From Candidatus Obscuribacterales bacterium (lineage in GTDB: Bacteria; Cyanobacteriota; Vampirovibrionia; Obscuribacterales; Obscuribacteraceae), in assembly GCA_965228855.1 (NCBI GenBank), contig CBDDIJ010000002.1, forward strand, positions 576,001 through 640,000: DNA of 64,000 nucleotides, in the 5' to 3' direction. The translations under genes and the position numbers were made by a program. Shown here in pieces: positions 25,152-35,441 of this stretch. A model generated the notes under the pieces. The model ran no database searches. It had not been told where the DNA came from and worked only from the letters and a program-made list of their open reading frames with translations. The stretch's first letter is position 1, and every line of letters starts with the position of its first letter.

Positions 25152-26312
25152 CTAAAAATTCGCCAACCGCTTCAGCGCTTTCTCAAGCACCTCGACCTGC
25201 GCGTACAGGCGCGACATCTCCTCAAGGCTTGCTTTGCCACGCACCTTCTCGATCTCGTCTTCGAGCAGCTTCTTGGTTTTAGCCAGCTTCTTGGCGTTCA
25301 TAGAATAGCGATCCTGCGGCATCGAAACCTTGGTATCAACGCGCTGGGCGTTTAAATTGGTCTTGTCGAGCCGTTTCTTGTCTTGCCGCTTCTTCAAATC
25401 CTCACGTTCAACAGCAGCCGACATACCGGCGAGACCAGCGATGCCGGCGAGTCCGCCCATTTGCGACACATCACGACCTTCCATCGGTCGCGTGTACTGC
25501 GCAATCAATGCAGCCTTTCGCTGAATCTCGCTTGAATAGCCGCTTTGCTGCGCTTGCTTGTTCGCTTTGGTTCCATCAAATTTTTTGTTGAGCAACTCCT
25601 GCCCTTTACCCATTTTGGCACCGTGAGCCTGATCCATGATGGTCATGATCCCGCCCATTCCCAGCAACATCATCGGGTTGCAAAACAGCACCGAGATAAA
25701 CGCCATCTGGTCCTGGCTCGCCATGTGCTTCTGGCTCATATGACTTTTGTAATCGACAAGCTTGCCATCGGCATCAGCCGTCAGCAAGCGACCATCACGA
25801 TTGCGCGTGACAAAATTTCCGCTCCCATCCTTTTGCCAGTTGCGTCCATCGAAAGCGCTCGGGCGAAACTTGCCGTCTGACTCCGGTTTCGCTTGCGTTT
25901 CTCTTTGCTCAGCCCGACGTTGCTCCTCGGTGCGCTGTTGGTTTAAACGCTGTTCGCTCAATCTTTGTTCGGCACGCTGCTGTTCTACCGTTAGAGAATC
26001 AAACCGTTGCGCTCGTCGCTGTTCCGTAGCACGCTGCTCCACGCCTCGCTGTTCCGCCGCGCGCTGTTCCGAACGCTGCTGCTGTTCGCTATGCCGCGGC
26101 TCACCGCCCTGAAGCTCAACTTGCCGCAAGTTGCGAGCTTCGTTCCTAACTACAAAGTCCTTCGCACTCGCCGGTCCATTGTTCTGCAATTCGCGAGTAA
26201 TCTTGTCCGCTTCGCGCGCGAGCTGTTGACCGGCGGTCCTGTCACCGCTCGTATCTCGCATTCGTCGCTCGCTGAAACCGTCTATTGAGTGCATACTTCC
26301 CAGAAACGCCAT
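25152..26312 (-). CDS. Q/E/R-rich hypothetical protein with EQR pentapeptide repeats
   Basis: 386-aa ORF containing SEQRA/AEQRG/VEQRA/TEQRR repeats. Confidence 0.6.
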   Translation of the reverse strand: MAFLGSMHSIDGFSERRMRDTSGDRTAGQQLAREADKITRELQNNGPASAKDFVVRNEARNLRQVELQGGEPRHSEQQQRSEQRAAEQRGVEQRATEQRRAQRFDSLTVEQQRAEQRLSEQRLNQQRTEEQRRAEQRETQAKPESDGKFRPSAFDGRNWQKDGSGNFVTRNRDGRLLTADADGKLVDYKSHMSQKHMASQDQMAFISVLFCNPMMLLGMGGIMTIMDQAHGAKMGKGQELLNKKFDGTKANKQAQQSGYSSEIQRKAALIAQYTRPMEGRDVSQMGGLAGIAGLAGMSAAVEREDLKKRQDKKRLDKTNLNAQRVDTKVSMPQDRYSMNAKKLAKTKKLLEDEIEKVRGKASLEEMSRLYAQVEVLEKALKRLANF

Positions 26313-26556
26313 CTCATCTCAATCGCATCAACGCCATTTGTCGGGATTGAGGAATCTCCTATTAAATTACGATTCCGGAGAGATGATGTCGATGGGAAGA
26401 CTACTAACCACAACCACTTCACCTGCGTGAAAACCGCCGCCGCCACTCGCGCACTATCTAAGCGCACTTCTTGCCAACCAGGGCAGGAATGCCAAATCCG
26501 CCGCGGTTTGGCTACGCCAGAATGACGGAATTTCGAAAATCCGGCATTCCCACGAA

Positions 26557-26767
26557 GACAACGACTGCCTTCTGACACAACCAACCCAGCGATAGATCCC
26601 GTAACAACCTACCGTTTCTACACTTAGGGACTCTACTGATCCTTATCTTTTATAGTAGTAAGTCGGGACAACGACTGCGTTTTGACACAACCTACCCAGC
26701 GATAGATCCCGTAACAACCCACCGTTTCTACACTTCGGGACTCCACTGAATCCTATCTTTTATAGTA
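26557..26767. repeat. intergenic tandem direct repeat, period 110 bp, 2 copies
   Basis: gacaacgactgc..cccagcgatagatcccgtaacaacc..ccgtttctacactt..tatcttttatagta at 26557-26657 and 26667-26767. Confidence 0.9.
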
Positions 26768-26813
26768 ATCAAAATCGGAGGATGACACCCGAGAAGCTGC
26801 TACGATTAGTGCA

Positions 26814-27614
26814 ATGAAGGTTCGTAAGCCCGCTATCGGCTTCCTGACAATATTCTTGCTTGGCATTCTCCCGGCTGTCGCGGAGGACGCGTTCTCATTG
26901 ACGCCTGGACCCTGCATGGACAAGCGCAAGCAGATTGTCACCTATCTCGATAAAGCAAAGAAAGCCGGCATCGGAGTGAAGCCCTACACTGAGGCTCTTC
27001 AGCGGATTGAGGACGGGATAAAAGCCGGACAGAACGAAGACGAGGTCAAAAGGCAGGTCGGTAGCCTGGTTTCGGCACTGGCTCAGCAGGTAAACAACCT
27101 CAAGGTTCTAAAAGTTTCGTCCACGTACAGAGCGATATCCGGCTCGCCGTCAGGTGGTTCGGCGGGCAGCTCAGCAGCCGGTGCGGGCCGCAAAGCTGGA
27201 ACCTCCACGGTTTCTGTTTCAGAAATGGAATCGCATATGTTGTCTCTCGTAAACAAACACCGCTCGGCTGCCGGGCTTGGCGCGGTCGGAGCCAACGGAG
27301 CCCTGGCCGACATCGCAAGAGCGCACTCAGAAGACATGGCGAAACGTGGCTTTTTTTCGCACGTAAATCCTGACGGACGCGATCCGCAGGATCGAGCACG
27401 CAACGCAGGATGGCAAGGCGGAGTAATGGAGAACATCGCGTTCTCGTCAAATCGCGGAGACGGCATCACCACTACCGACTCGGCGGACGTTACGCTGATG
27501 AACTCGCCGCCTCACAGAGCGACAATACTCAACACCGGCGTTACACAGGTCGGAATCGGCATCGCTTATGACGCCACCGGCGGTATCAGGGTCACGCAAT
27601 TATTTTCGCCGTAA
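26814..27614 (+). CDS. secreted CAP (SCP) domain protein
   Basis: Signal peptide; LVNKHR..ARAHSEDMA..FFSH..ENIA..SPPHRATIL..GIG. Confidence 0.85.
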   Translation: MKVRKPAIGFLTIFLLGILPAVAEDAFSLTPGPCMDKRKQIVTYLDKAKKAGIGVKPYTEALQRIEDGIKAGQNEDEVKRQVGSLVSALAQQVNNLKVLKVSSTYRAISGSPSGGSAGSSAAGAGRKAGTSTVSVSEMESHMLSLVNKHRSAAGLGAVGANGALADIARAHSEDMAKRGFFSHVNPDGRDPQDRARNAGWQGGVMENIAFSSNRGDGITTTDSADVTLMNSPPHRATILNTGVTQVGIGIAYDATGGIRVTQLFSP

Positions 27615-27707
27615 GAACGGTCGAAGTTGAAACCAGTTTCAATGCTTGTATGGGAAACGGATTCAATTACTAGCTATATAATCCACAGTGAATCACAGGT
27701 CTAAACC

Positions 27708-28613
27708 ATGCCCGAACTGCCGGATATTCTTGCTTACATGAACGCGCTGGAACCGCGTGTGCTCGGACAGACTTTAGAACGCGTGCGCGTTGCCAGTCCT
27801 TTTCTTTTGCGAACAGTCGAGCCGCCACTATCCGCCGCAGAAGGGCAGCCAGTGCGGGAGTTGCGAAGAATCGGCAAACGCATCGCATTGGGTTTCGACA
27901 ATCAGATTTGGCTGGTTCTGCATCTTATGATTGCTGGACGATTGCACTGGCGAGCGCCCGGCGCGAAACTTGGCGGACGACAAAATCTCGCGGCGTTTGA
28001 TTTTGCTGACGGCTCACTAGTTTTGACCGAAGCCGGCAGCACAAGACGCGCATCACTTCAGGTTCTCCAGGGACAGGAAGCACTTGATGAAATCGATCCT
28101 GGCGGAATCGAGGTTTTTGAAAGCGACCTGGAACAGTTTCGACTTGCGCTCACAAACGAGAATCGCACGCTCAAACGGGCATTAACAGACCCGCGCATCA
28201 TCAGCGGAATAGGTAACGCATACTCAGACGAGATTTTGCACGCGGCCCGTTTGTCGCCAATCGTACAAACCGGAAAGCTCACCGACGAAGAGTGGGAGCG
28301 ACTTTACAATGCGACGAAGGAAACGCTGACGCTCTGGATCGAAAGATTTAACACCGAAGCACAGAAAAGTTTTCCTGAGAAAGTGACGGCGTTCCGGCCG
28401 GAGATGGCTGTTCATGGTCGTTATGGACAACCGTGTCCCGTATGCGGAGAGAAGGTGCAACGCATCAGATATGCAGACAACGAAACCAACTATTGCGCTC
28501 AATGCCAGACTGGCGGAAAGCTTCTGGCAGACAGAAGTCTATCGCGCGTAATGAAATCAGACTGGCCAAAAACACTGGCAGAACTCGAAGCACTGAAGAG
28601 ATCACACAAATAG
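27708..28613 (+). CDS. Fpg/Nei family DNA glycosylase
   Basis: N-terminal MPELPD, H2TH motif GIGNAYSDE and zinc finger CPVC..CAQCQ. Confidence 0.9.
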   Translation: MPELPDILAYMNALEPRVLGQTLERVRVASPFLLRTVEPPLSAAEGQPVRELRRIGKRIALGFDNQIWLVLHLMIAGRLHWRAPGAKLGGRQNLAAFDFADGSLVLTEAGSTRRASLQVLQGQEALDEIDPGGIEVFESDLEQFRLALTNENRTLKRALTDPRIISGIGNAYSDEILHAARLSPIVQTGKLTDEEWERLYNATKETLTLWIERFNTEAQKSFPEKVTAFRPEMAVHGRYGQPCPVCGEKVQRIRYADNETNYCAQCQTGGKLLADRSLSRVMKSDWPKTLAELEALKRSHK

Positions 28614-28632
28614 TAGCTACGGTTCTCAGAAT

Positions 28633-29043
28633 TTAAATCTGCTCTGCGTCTTTCTCTTTCAGTTTCTGTTCCAGCTCTGATGGCTCTTCGCGGTTCCTCT
28701 GCACCTTGTAAATCAATCGCTCATGAATTTCTTTGATCTTTTCGCGAAAACTCGGAATGTGGTTCTGGACAGTGTCCCAAACAATATCGTAGTTGACATC
28801 AAAATAATCATGTGTGATTCGGTCACGCATGCGCGCCGCACCGCGCCACTCTACATCAGGATTTTTCTCTCGAATGTCCTCAGACAAATCTTTGATTGCG
28901 TCGCCAATCACCTGCAAATTTCGAACGACAGCATCCTGAATTAGAGGCTTTCCGAAAAACTCGTTCTCACCATCTCTCGTGTATTCCTTGATTTTATCCG
29001 CGCACTCGATTATTTTTTCGAGCCTATCTTTGTCGTCTCTCAA
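28633..29043 (-). CDS. HEPN (DUF86/HepT-like) toxin
   Basis: DAVVRNLQVIGDA and RDRITHDY (RX4HXY). Confidence 0.85.
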   Translation of the reverse strand: MRDDKDRLEKIIECADKIKEYTRDGENEFFGKPLIQDAVVRNLQVIGDAIKDLSEDIREKNPDVEWRGAARMRDRITHDYFDVNYDIVWDTVQNHIPSFREKIKEIHERLIYKVQRNREEPSELEQKLKEKDAEQI

Positions 29044-29342
29044 AGCGCCACAGCCTCTTTTAAGATTCGCTCTTTGCGCTTCCCGGTCAAGCTGGCCTCA
29101 TCAACAAGGTCTACTTTGACACCGAGGAGCTGCCCGAGTTCGTCTTCCAAATCACCGAGGGCGCCGAAATACTCGAAGCCTTTCAGCGACTCTGGGACCT
29201 TAATAAGTACATCAATGTCGCTCTTTTCGTCGTACTCGTCACGAACGCAAGAACCAAAAATGCGCACGGCGGTTGCGCCATATCTGTTGCAGGCGGCTTT
29301 GATGTCTTCGCGTTTTTCAACAATCAAATCGACGAGAGTCAT
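29040..29342 (-). CDS. minimal nucleotidyltransferase antitoxin (MntA-like)
   Basis: FGS-X10-DID motif; 4-bp overlap with the HEPN gene. Confidence 0.85.
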   Translation of the reverse strand: MTLVDLIVEKREDIKAACNRYGATAVRIFGSCVRDEYDEKSDIDVLIKVPESLKGFEYFGALGDLEDELGQLLGVKVDLVDEASLTGKRKERILKEAVAL

Positions 29343-29560
29343 CTTCTCTATTCTCCCCGGCCGCTACCAAGTTTGGCTGAACAGCTCACCTTACGTTTCC
29401 ATACCGGTGATCATGAAATCAATCGACAGAAACTCAGCGACTTATCCCCAATGATAACCAACTCGAACCAGGACGTAAAGAGATGGAAGGTCTGGCTCTG
29501 ATCGCCTGATCAAATCGTCCACGATTCAGAACCGTCCGGTCTATCTGGGTTTTGAAATGA

Positions 29561-30259
29561 TCAAAACAGAAGCGCAACAAATGAACGCACCAGATGCGAT
29601 ACCTGCTTCATGGCACCGGGGAAATCGTGATTGCCGGCTTTCCGCTCGCCGCAAAAGTTGCTAACCACTCGCAAGTCAGCATAGTCAACGTTCCTCATGG
29701 CACAGACTTGAGCAATGGCACCGCTCTCCATCGTTTCTATTTTGACACTTGCCCTTCGAACATACGCATCACGAAGCTCATCGGTTCCCGATATTGTCGA
29801 TATGGTTGCAACGTCTCCCTCGTGATCGACTATCGTTTTACAGTGCTGGTGAAGCTCGCTATCCCGCCACACTGTGCTGGTCTTCGCCCATCCGGCATCC
29901 TCCATAGAAATGAAACCGGGCTCGCGATCCAATATGGTGCCTTCATCGAGAAGAAAGTGATTCAGCCCGAGAAACGTAGCTCGAAGTCCGATCGCCGGGT
30001 CATAGCTTCCCGCGACTCCTATGCTGAGAACAGCGCCGTATGTTTCAGAACCAAATAATTCTTTGGAAACTGCAGCAGCCGCCCAGGTTTTACCGACACC
30101 GGTGTGGAGGACTGAAATTCGTTCGTCCAGATCGAATTTTTCCCAGAGAGGCGGCACATCCTGGTCGGGCACATCAAGACCGTTGAACACGGCTTTGATC
30201 TCAATCGGCGACGCCACGGTCAAAAGAAGACGTTTCGACGATGAATATCGGAGCACCAT
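29561..30259 (-). CDS. nucleosidase of the MTA/SAH-futalosine hydrolase (MqnB-like) family
   Basis: GVGK, SIGVAGSY, ETMESGA and LRVVSN motifs. Confidence 0.75.
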   Translation of the reverse strand: MVLRYSSSKRLLLTVASPIEIKAVFNGLDVPDQDVPPLWEKFDLDERISVLHTGVGKTWAAAAVSKELFGSETYGAVLSIGVAGSYDPAIGLRATFLGLNHFLLDEGTILDREPGFISMEDAGWAKTSTVWRDSELHQHCKTIVDHEGDVATISTISGTDELRDAYVRRASVKIETMESGAIAQVCAMRNVDYADLRVVSNFCGERKAGNHDFPGAMKQVSHLVRSFVALLF

Positions 30260-30283
30260 ACTTCCTCCGGCGAGATGCCATGC

Positions 30284-32497
30284 CTAGTCCGCCGGAGATG
30301 GAGCGGCCTTGCTCTTCTTGTTGCCCATGTTCCAGATGAAGAGCGAGATTCCATACAGAAGCGCTGCAACCAGAAGCAAGCTGCGGATGCCCGTATACGT
30401 AGCCACGTACTCGAGCAGCCCACCAACAACCGCGCCGAGAATATTGAACGCGAGGCCGGCGCTTGGCTTGTCTTCGCTCTTGAACGAGGTCGAGAAAATC
30501 AAACCGGCAAAGAAGATTGGCACCGCCGACAGTGCCGAGGCGATACCTCCTCCAACCCACATTCCGAGGGCTGTGAGCGACTGCAACGGAGTCAGATACA
30601 CCGCCACCAAGGAGCCCAGTAGGCAAGCGTAGAGGACGGGAAGCGACATCAGATTCGGTTTCTTGATTACAAGCAGGTTCGACAAAATTATCGCGGTCAA
30701 CACTGCGAATATGCAGACGGAGTTGACGAACCAGGTTGTGCCGAAGACCAGCGCCAGGCGGTCGATAATCGAAAGCTCAAGCAACAAGAATGCGGCTCCA
30801 AGGAAGAACAAATGCCACCGTCGTGCCAGACTGTTCTTCCTGATGCTTGTTCCGCAAGTCGCCCAGGCAAGAAGCAGAATACAAGCGTTGATAGCGAGGT
30901 AAAGCGGATCGACCGACATTGTCGACAAGTAGAGGAACGGCCAGTCGTCGGTAGAAGAACGAATATCGCCCGGGTCCATATTCGTTTCGTCAGTGTAAGC
31001 GTGATCCTTGACCAGCTCTGGGACTTTGGCAAGCATCTCGGGAGTAGCCGGAGCGAACAGGTGCCAGATTCCACCGTCGTCCTTCTTGACGATCATGGTT
31101 TGCGTACCATCGCCGGCAGCTATGCGAATATTCTTCACAAGCCGCTGCGACAGCCAACCGACCATCTTTTCAGCATCGCAATAAGTGATACTGTATACGC
31201 CACCAGGTGCGACGTGGTCGATTGCGTCCTTCATTCCATCAACAGTGTACACATAATCATCAAGGCGCACAGAGAGTGAATTTCCAGCCACGGTATGCGA
31301 ATCGAGAAACCCGGTTAGCACGAGGTCGTATTTCTTGTCGGGATTCTGGCGCAAAAACGCGCGAGCGTCATTGACGTGTACATGCACTTTTGGTGAGTCA
31401 TATGGATGCTCAGGGTGCAATTCTTTTCCAAGCTCGATCATCTTCGGATCGATTTCTACAGCATCGATATACTCCGCTCCATTTTTAAGGGCAGACGCAA
31501 CATCGTTACCAGTGCCGGCTCCCATGATCAAAACGCGTTTCGGTTTCAAAAAGAAATAGGGAAGCTCATATTGGTCAAAGCGGAAATCCTCGACGCGTTT
31601 GCGCTCCGCGTCGGGCAAGGAGTTGATGAACTCCGGCGATAGGTTTAGAGCCTGTTGAAAATATCCTTTGTTCACAGACACGCGAAGACCCACACGCTTC
31701 GCATCCGGAGCCTTGGGATCGCCGTAGTACTGCGGCGCCACATCGACTCTGTGATAAGGCGACCACTCAATTCGCGGCTTGCCGTTCGGTCCCAGGTCAA
31801 AAACACTTCTCGCCGGCATCAGCGCCACAAGCGCGATCACGCCAACAAGTACGCCCATACCGATTTTCGTCTCACGGAAAGACCAGAGCGCACAGAGGCA
31901 ACCGATGGTGATCCACATTAAAGGCGGAGTTCCGCAAAAGGACAGCACCGAGAAGACGAGGATACCGAGCGCGGAACCGATCAAGTTCACCAAGTACGAC
32001 TGGAGCGCAGGACCGCTATTGAAGAGCTTTCCAAGTTTCTGCCCCATCGCTGCCATCATAGCCGCGACGAGAACAAAAATTCCGAAGAACACCGCGATTG
32101 AGAACGTGGTGTATAGCTTCATATCCTCAATGGCTGCCTTCGGCGGGTGGGTCATGTCCATCCAGCCAGCGTGAATCCCGGTTCGCAGCCCCGGCACTAG
32201 CATGTAAGTCAGACCGGTCAGGTCGCTCGTAGAGACAATCGCGACCAGCGCCAGAAGCAAAAAGGGAAACAGCTTGAACAACCCGTTTCCACTGTCCTTC
32301 ATGTAGCCGTATCCCAGACCGACGTAACACGCGATCAGCGGGAAGTTTTTGAAGATCGTGAACGCGCGAATTTCGGACGCCAGCCAGCGAATCGCGACAA
32401 GTTCAAAAAACAAAGACAGGGCGCTGAGCCACAGCAGGTCGAACTGTTCCTGCGTCAGTTTAAAACGCTTGTTTTCCACGTACAAACCCTTCCCCAA
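30284..32497 (-). CDS. polytopic membrane protein fused to a spermidine-synthase-like SAM-binding domain
   Basis: N- and C-terminal TM bundles; central VLIMGAGTGNDV..VEID..DARAFL. Confidence 0.8.
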   Translation of the reverse strand: MGKGLYVENKRFKLTQEQFDLLWLSALSLFFELVAIRWLASEIRAFTIFKNFPLIACYVGLGYGYMKDSGNGLFKLFPFLLLALVAIVSTSDLTGLTYMLVPGLRTGIHAGWMDMTHPPKAAIEDMKLYTTFSIAVFFGIFVLVAAMMAAMGQKLGKLFNSGPALQSYLVNLIGSALGILVFSVLSFCGTPPLMWITIGCLCALWSFRETKIGMGVLVGVIALVALMPARSVFDLGPNGKPRIEWSPYHRVDVAPQYYGDPKAPDAKRVGLRVSVNKGYFQQALNLSPEFINSLPDAERKRVEDFRFDQYELPYFFLKPKRVLIMGAGTGNDVASALKNGAEYIDAVEIDPKMIELGKELHPEHPYDSPKVHVHVNDARAFLRQNPDKKYDLVLTGFLDSHTVAGNSLSVRLDDYVYTVDGMKDAIDHVAPGGVYSITYCDAEKMVGWLSQRLVKNIRIAAGDGTQTMIVKKDDGGIWHLFAPATPEMLAKVPELVKDHAYTDETNMDPGDIRSSTDDWPFLYLSTMSVDPLYLAINACILLLAWATCGTSIRKNSLARRWHLFFLGAAFLLLELSIIDRLALVFGTTWFVNSVCIFAVLTAIILSNLLVIKKPNLMSLPVLYACLLGSLVAVYLTPLQSLTALGMWVGGGIASALSAVPIFFAGLIFSTSFKSEDKPSAGLAFNILGAVVGGLLEYVATYTGIRSLLLVAALLYGISLFIWNMGNKKSKAAPSPAD

Positions 32498-32590
32498 AGT
32501 TACGAGGCAGAAAAATCACCCGGATGAAACGCCAAAAGATAGTAAGTAATCACCTTCGCCAGTATAGCTGTTCTGATAGTATAGAAAACT

Positions 32591-33667
32591 ATGTTCCAGC
32601 AGACTCACATCGCTCTAGTCGTGCTCCTGGTGGCGCTTTTCGGCGCACCCGCGGCTGTTGCAGGTGAGACCGGTGCGCCGATAAATCAGGGCATCGAGAT
32701 CAGCCAAAATCCACTGGACGACGATACGGGCGGAAGCGGTTCCACGGATGCGAACGGAAGCGCCAGCAGTTCCAATTCAAGCCAGGAACCGGCCAAACAC
32801 GAAACCACATCGTCGTCAGCCAACCAGGCACTCGCGCCCGGTCCTCTACTGGACAGGCGCAATGAGATTCTAAATTTCTTGAACAAAGCCAAGAAAGCCG
32901 GTATCGGCGTCAAGCCTTACGAGGCGGCATTGGAATCGATAGAAACGGACGTGAAGGCAGGGAAAACGGAAGCGGAGATAAAACCGCGCGTTAATAGCCT
33001 GGTTGTTGCGTTGTCCAAGCAAGTTGAAAACTTGAAATCGCTGAAGGCCGCAGCCGCCAGCAAGGCGGCAAGCGCCCAGGCGGGCGGATTCCCCATGATG
33101 GGAACACCGGAATCGAATAGCGGTTTCGGTTTCGAAAATGGAGTTTTTAAAATCAAACCGGCGCGCCCATTGTCTCGATCCGTCTCCGGTCTTTTCGCCG
33201 GGCTGAGTCCCGAATATCAAAAATACGCAACCATAAACGGTCGAGGCGTACCCGAGGCGCTGATGGAGCGTCTGTTGTTTGACCTGACGAACAAACACCG
33301 CCGGGAAAACAATCTCAAGCCTTACAGCTGGAATTCCAAACTAGCCGGTCTGGCTAAGGGTCATGCTCGCGACATGGCAACTAATAACTTCTTCGCCCAT
33401 GTGAATAAGCGACACCAGGGTCCGCTAGATCGCTCGATGGCCGCCGGTTACAACGTCGGCGTCAGAGAAAACATCGGTATGGCCGGTGCCGGAAGAGGAA
33501 CCCCTTTAGGCATGGTAATCCTCGTAGATGATGGTCTTATGAAGTCGCCCGGACACAGAGCCGCTATCCTGGATCCGAAAGGTCAGGGAGCTGGCATGGG
33601 CGTCTGCTACGACTTGAAAAACGGCGGAATCAAAGTCTGCCAGGTGTTTTCGCCTAACGACTTCTAG
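32591..33667 (+). CDS. secreted CAP domain protein (paralog of 26814-27614)
   Basis: Signal peptide; HARDMA..FFAH..RENI..SPGHRAAIL. Confidence 0.85.
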   Translation: MFQQTHIALVVLLVALFGAPAAVAGETGAPINQGIEISQNPLDDDTGGSGSTDANGSASSSNSSQEPAKHETTSSSANQALAPGPLLDRRNEILNFLNKAKKAGIGVKPYEAALESIETDVKAGKTEAEIKPRVNSLVVALSKQVENLKSLKAAAASKAASAQAGGFPMMGTPESNSGFGFENGVFKIKPARPLSRSVSGLFAGLSPEYQKYATINGRGVPEALMERLLFDLTNKHRRENNLKPYSWNSKLAGLAKGHARDMATNNFFAHVNKRHQGPLDRSMAAGYNVGVRENIGMAGAGRGTPLGMVILVDDGLMKSPGHRAAILDPKGQGAGMGVCYDLKNGGIKVCQVFSPNDF

Positions 33668-33859
33668 TGACACTCGACAACCACGGACCGAAAAGCCCAT
33701 TCGATGGACGCCGGGGTGACTCTTGCGTGCTAAGTAAACAATTGGCAACGATCTTGACAGCCTCGAACGGTCAAACAGTTTCGAAACCGTTGCGCGCCTG
33801 GGCTTTTACCGCCAACCTTTTCTTATACTCATGGATGGTTTGGCAGAACACAATAAAAT

Positions 33860-34678
33860 GTGGCGATGACGTCAGCGCTAAAAAACAATCGAAAAACCTG
33901 GTTCAATCCATGGCTGTTCTTTGAAGAACAGATGACCGCCGGCATAGAATTGCTCGGTCAGGTCGTGACCATGTGGATCACGGCAATGAAGTACATCATT
34001 CGCAGAGACTTCGATGCGAAGGAAACCTGGCGCCAGTGCTACATGATTGGCGTTCGTTCATTCGTGGTCGTGGCTATTACGGCCCTTTTCACGGGATTCG
34101 CGATGTCGCTGCAGATTTCGCGAGAGCTTGTGCTGTTCGGCGCTGATACTGCTATCGGCGGCGTTGTGTCACTCGCGCTCGTTCGCGAAATTGGTCCGAT
34201 TACCGCCGGCGTTATGGTGGCTGGTCGCGTAGGATCTTCTGTGGCAGCCGAACTCGCAACGATGGTGATCACGGAACAAATCGACGCACTAAAGGTTATG
34301 CGCGTCGATCCCGTCAAATTTTTAGTGGTTCCGCGTTATATCGCAGGACTGACAATGACGCTCGTACTGTCAGTCTACGCGATGGCAATCGGTTTGCTCG
34401 CGGGAATTTACATTGCAAACATCGCAGCGAATTTGCCTGCTGCCACATTCCTCGATTCAGTAAAACAAACACTGCTAGACCGAGACTTCGTCACGCATTT
34501 CATCAAGTCAGAAATCAACGCGACAATAATCATCATGTTCTCTTGCGCGATCGGATTGCACACCAGGGGTGGTGCCGAAGATGTCGGTATCGCGACTACG
34601 AGAACGGTCGTCTGGACCATGACTTTGATTTTCGTGTTCAACTACATCGTCACGTCTTTGACGTATGCACCACGCTAG
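33860..34678 (+). CDS. mlaE: MlaE family ABC permease
   Basis: REIGP..AGRVGS..ELATM..EQIDAL..PR, GGAEDVG. Confidence 0.9.
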   Translation: MAMTSALKNNRKTWFNPWLFFEEQMTAGIELLGQVVTMWITAMKYIIRRDFDAKETWRQCYMIGVRSFVVVAITALFTGFAMSLQISRELVLFGADTAIGGVVSLALVREIGPITAGVMVAGRVGSSVAAELATMVITEQIDALKVMRVDPVKFLVVPRYIAGLTMTLVLSVYAMAIGLLAGIYIANIAANLPAATFLDSVKQTLLDRDFVTHFIKSEINATIIIMFSCAIGLHTRGGAEDVGIATTRTVVWTMTLIFVFNYIVTSLTYAPR

Positions 34679-34698
34679 GGACGGAGGATAGACCGCGT

Positions 34699-35418
34699 AT
34701 GGCAATGCCGCCAATGCTCGAAATAGTCAATCTGCATAAATCCTTCGGCAGTCGCCAGATTCTGAAGGGAATCTCCTTCAAGGTCTACAAGGGCGAGATG
34801 CTCGGTTTGATTGGTCCTTCGGGATGCGGCAAATCGACTTTGCTAAAACTGATTTGCGACTTGCTCACGCCTGACAGCGGCGAAGTTGTCCGCTGGTCGG
34901 ACGAGATTGGTCTGGTTTTCCAGGGCTCTGCGCTTTTGAACTCGTTCACCGTTCGCGAGAACTTGGCTCTGGCACTCAATCGCCGAAAACTCAAAAAATC
35001 AGAAGAAAACGCAATCATAGAAGAAAAGCTGCGCCTGGTCGGTTTAGCTGATTACATCGACTCCTACCCTTCACAACTGTCCGGCGGTCAACAAAAGCGA
35101 ACCAGTTTCGCCCGAGCAATCGTAAATGACCCAAAAATAATCCTTTACGATGAGCCGACAACCGGGCTCGATCCCGTCATGTCTACAGTCATTGAAGACT
35201 ACATGATTGAGCTCAGCAGTCAGCTGGACGCGGCATCCATCGTCGTGACGCATCAATACTCGACCTGGACGCGCACGGCATCCCGGATTCTGTTGATGCA
35301 CGCCGGCAAATCAGTCTGGGAAGGCAGTCCCGAGGAGGCGGTCGTAACGGACAATCCCTATATGAAACAGTTTGCCCACGCTACACGCGAAGGCCCAATG
35401 CTATCGACTCTCTTGTAA
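34699..35418 (+). CDS. mlaF: MlaF family ABC ATPase
   Basis: GPSGCGKS, LSGGQ and YDEPTTGLDP; start at 34699 after GGAGG. Confidence 0.9.
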   Translation: MAMPPMLEIVNLHKSFGSRQILKGISFKVYKGEMLGLIGPSGCGKSTLLKLICDLLTPDSGEVVRWSDEIGLVFQGSALLNSFTVRENLALALNRRKLKKSEENAIIEEKLRLVGLADYIDSYPSQLSGGQQKRTSFARAIVNDPKIILYDEPTTGLDPVMSTVIEDYMIELSSQLDAASIVVTHQYSTWTRTASRILLMHAGKSVWEGSPEEAVVTDNPYMKQFAHATREGPMLSTLL

Positions 35419-35441
35419 AATCGTATGGTGACCGAAGGAAC

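Noticed and set aside
26557..26767. CRISPR array
   Set aside because: Only two ~100-bp units with no unique spacers, and no cas genes.
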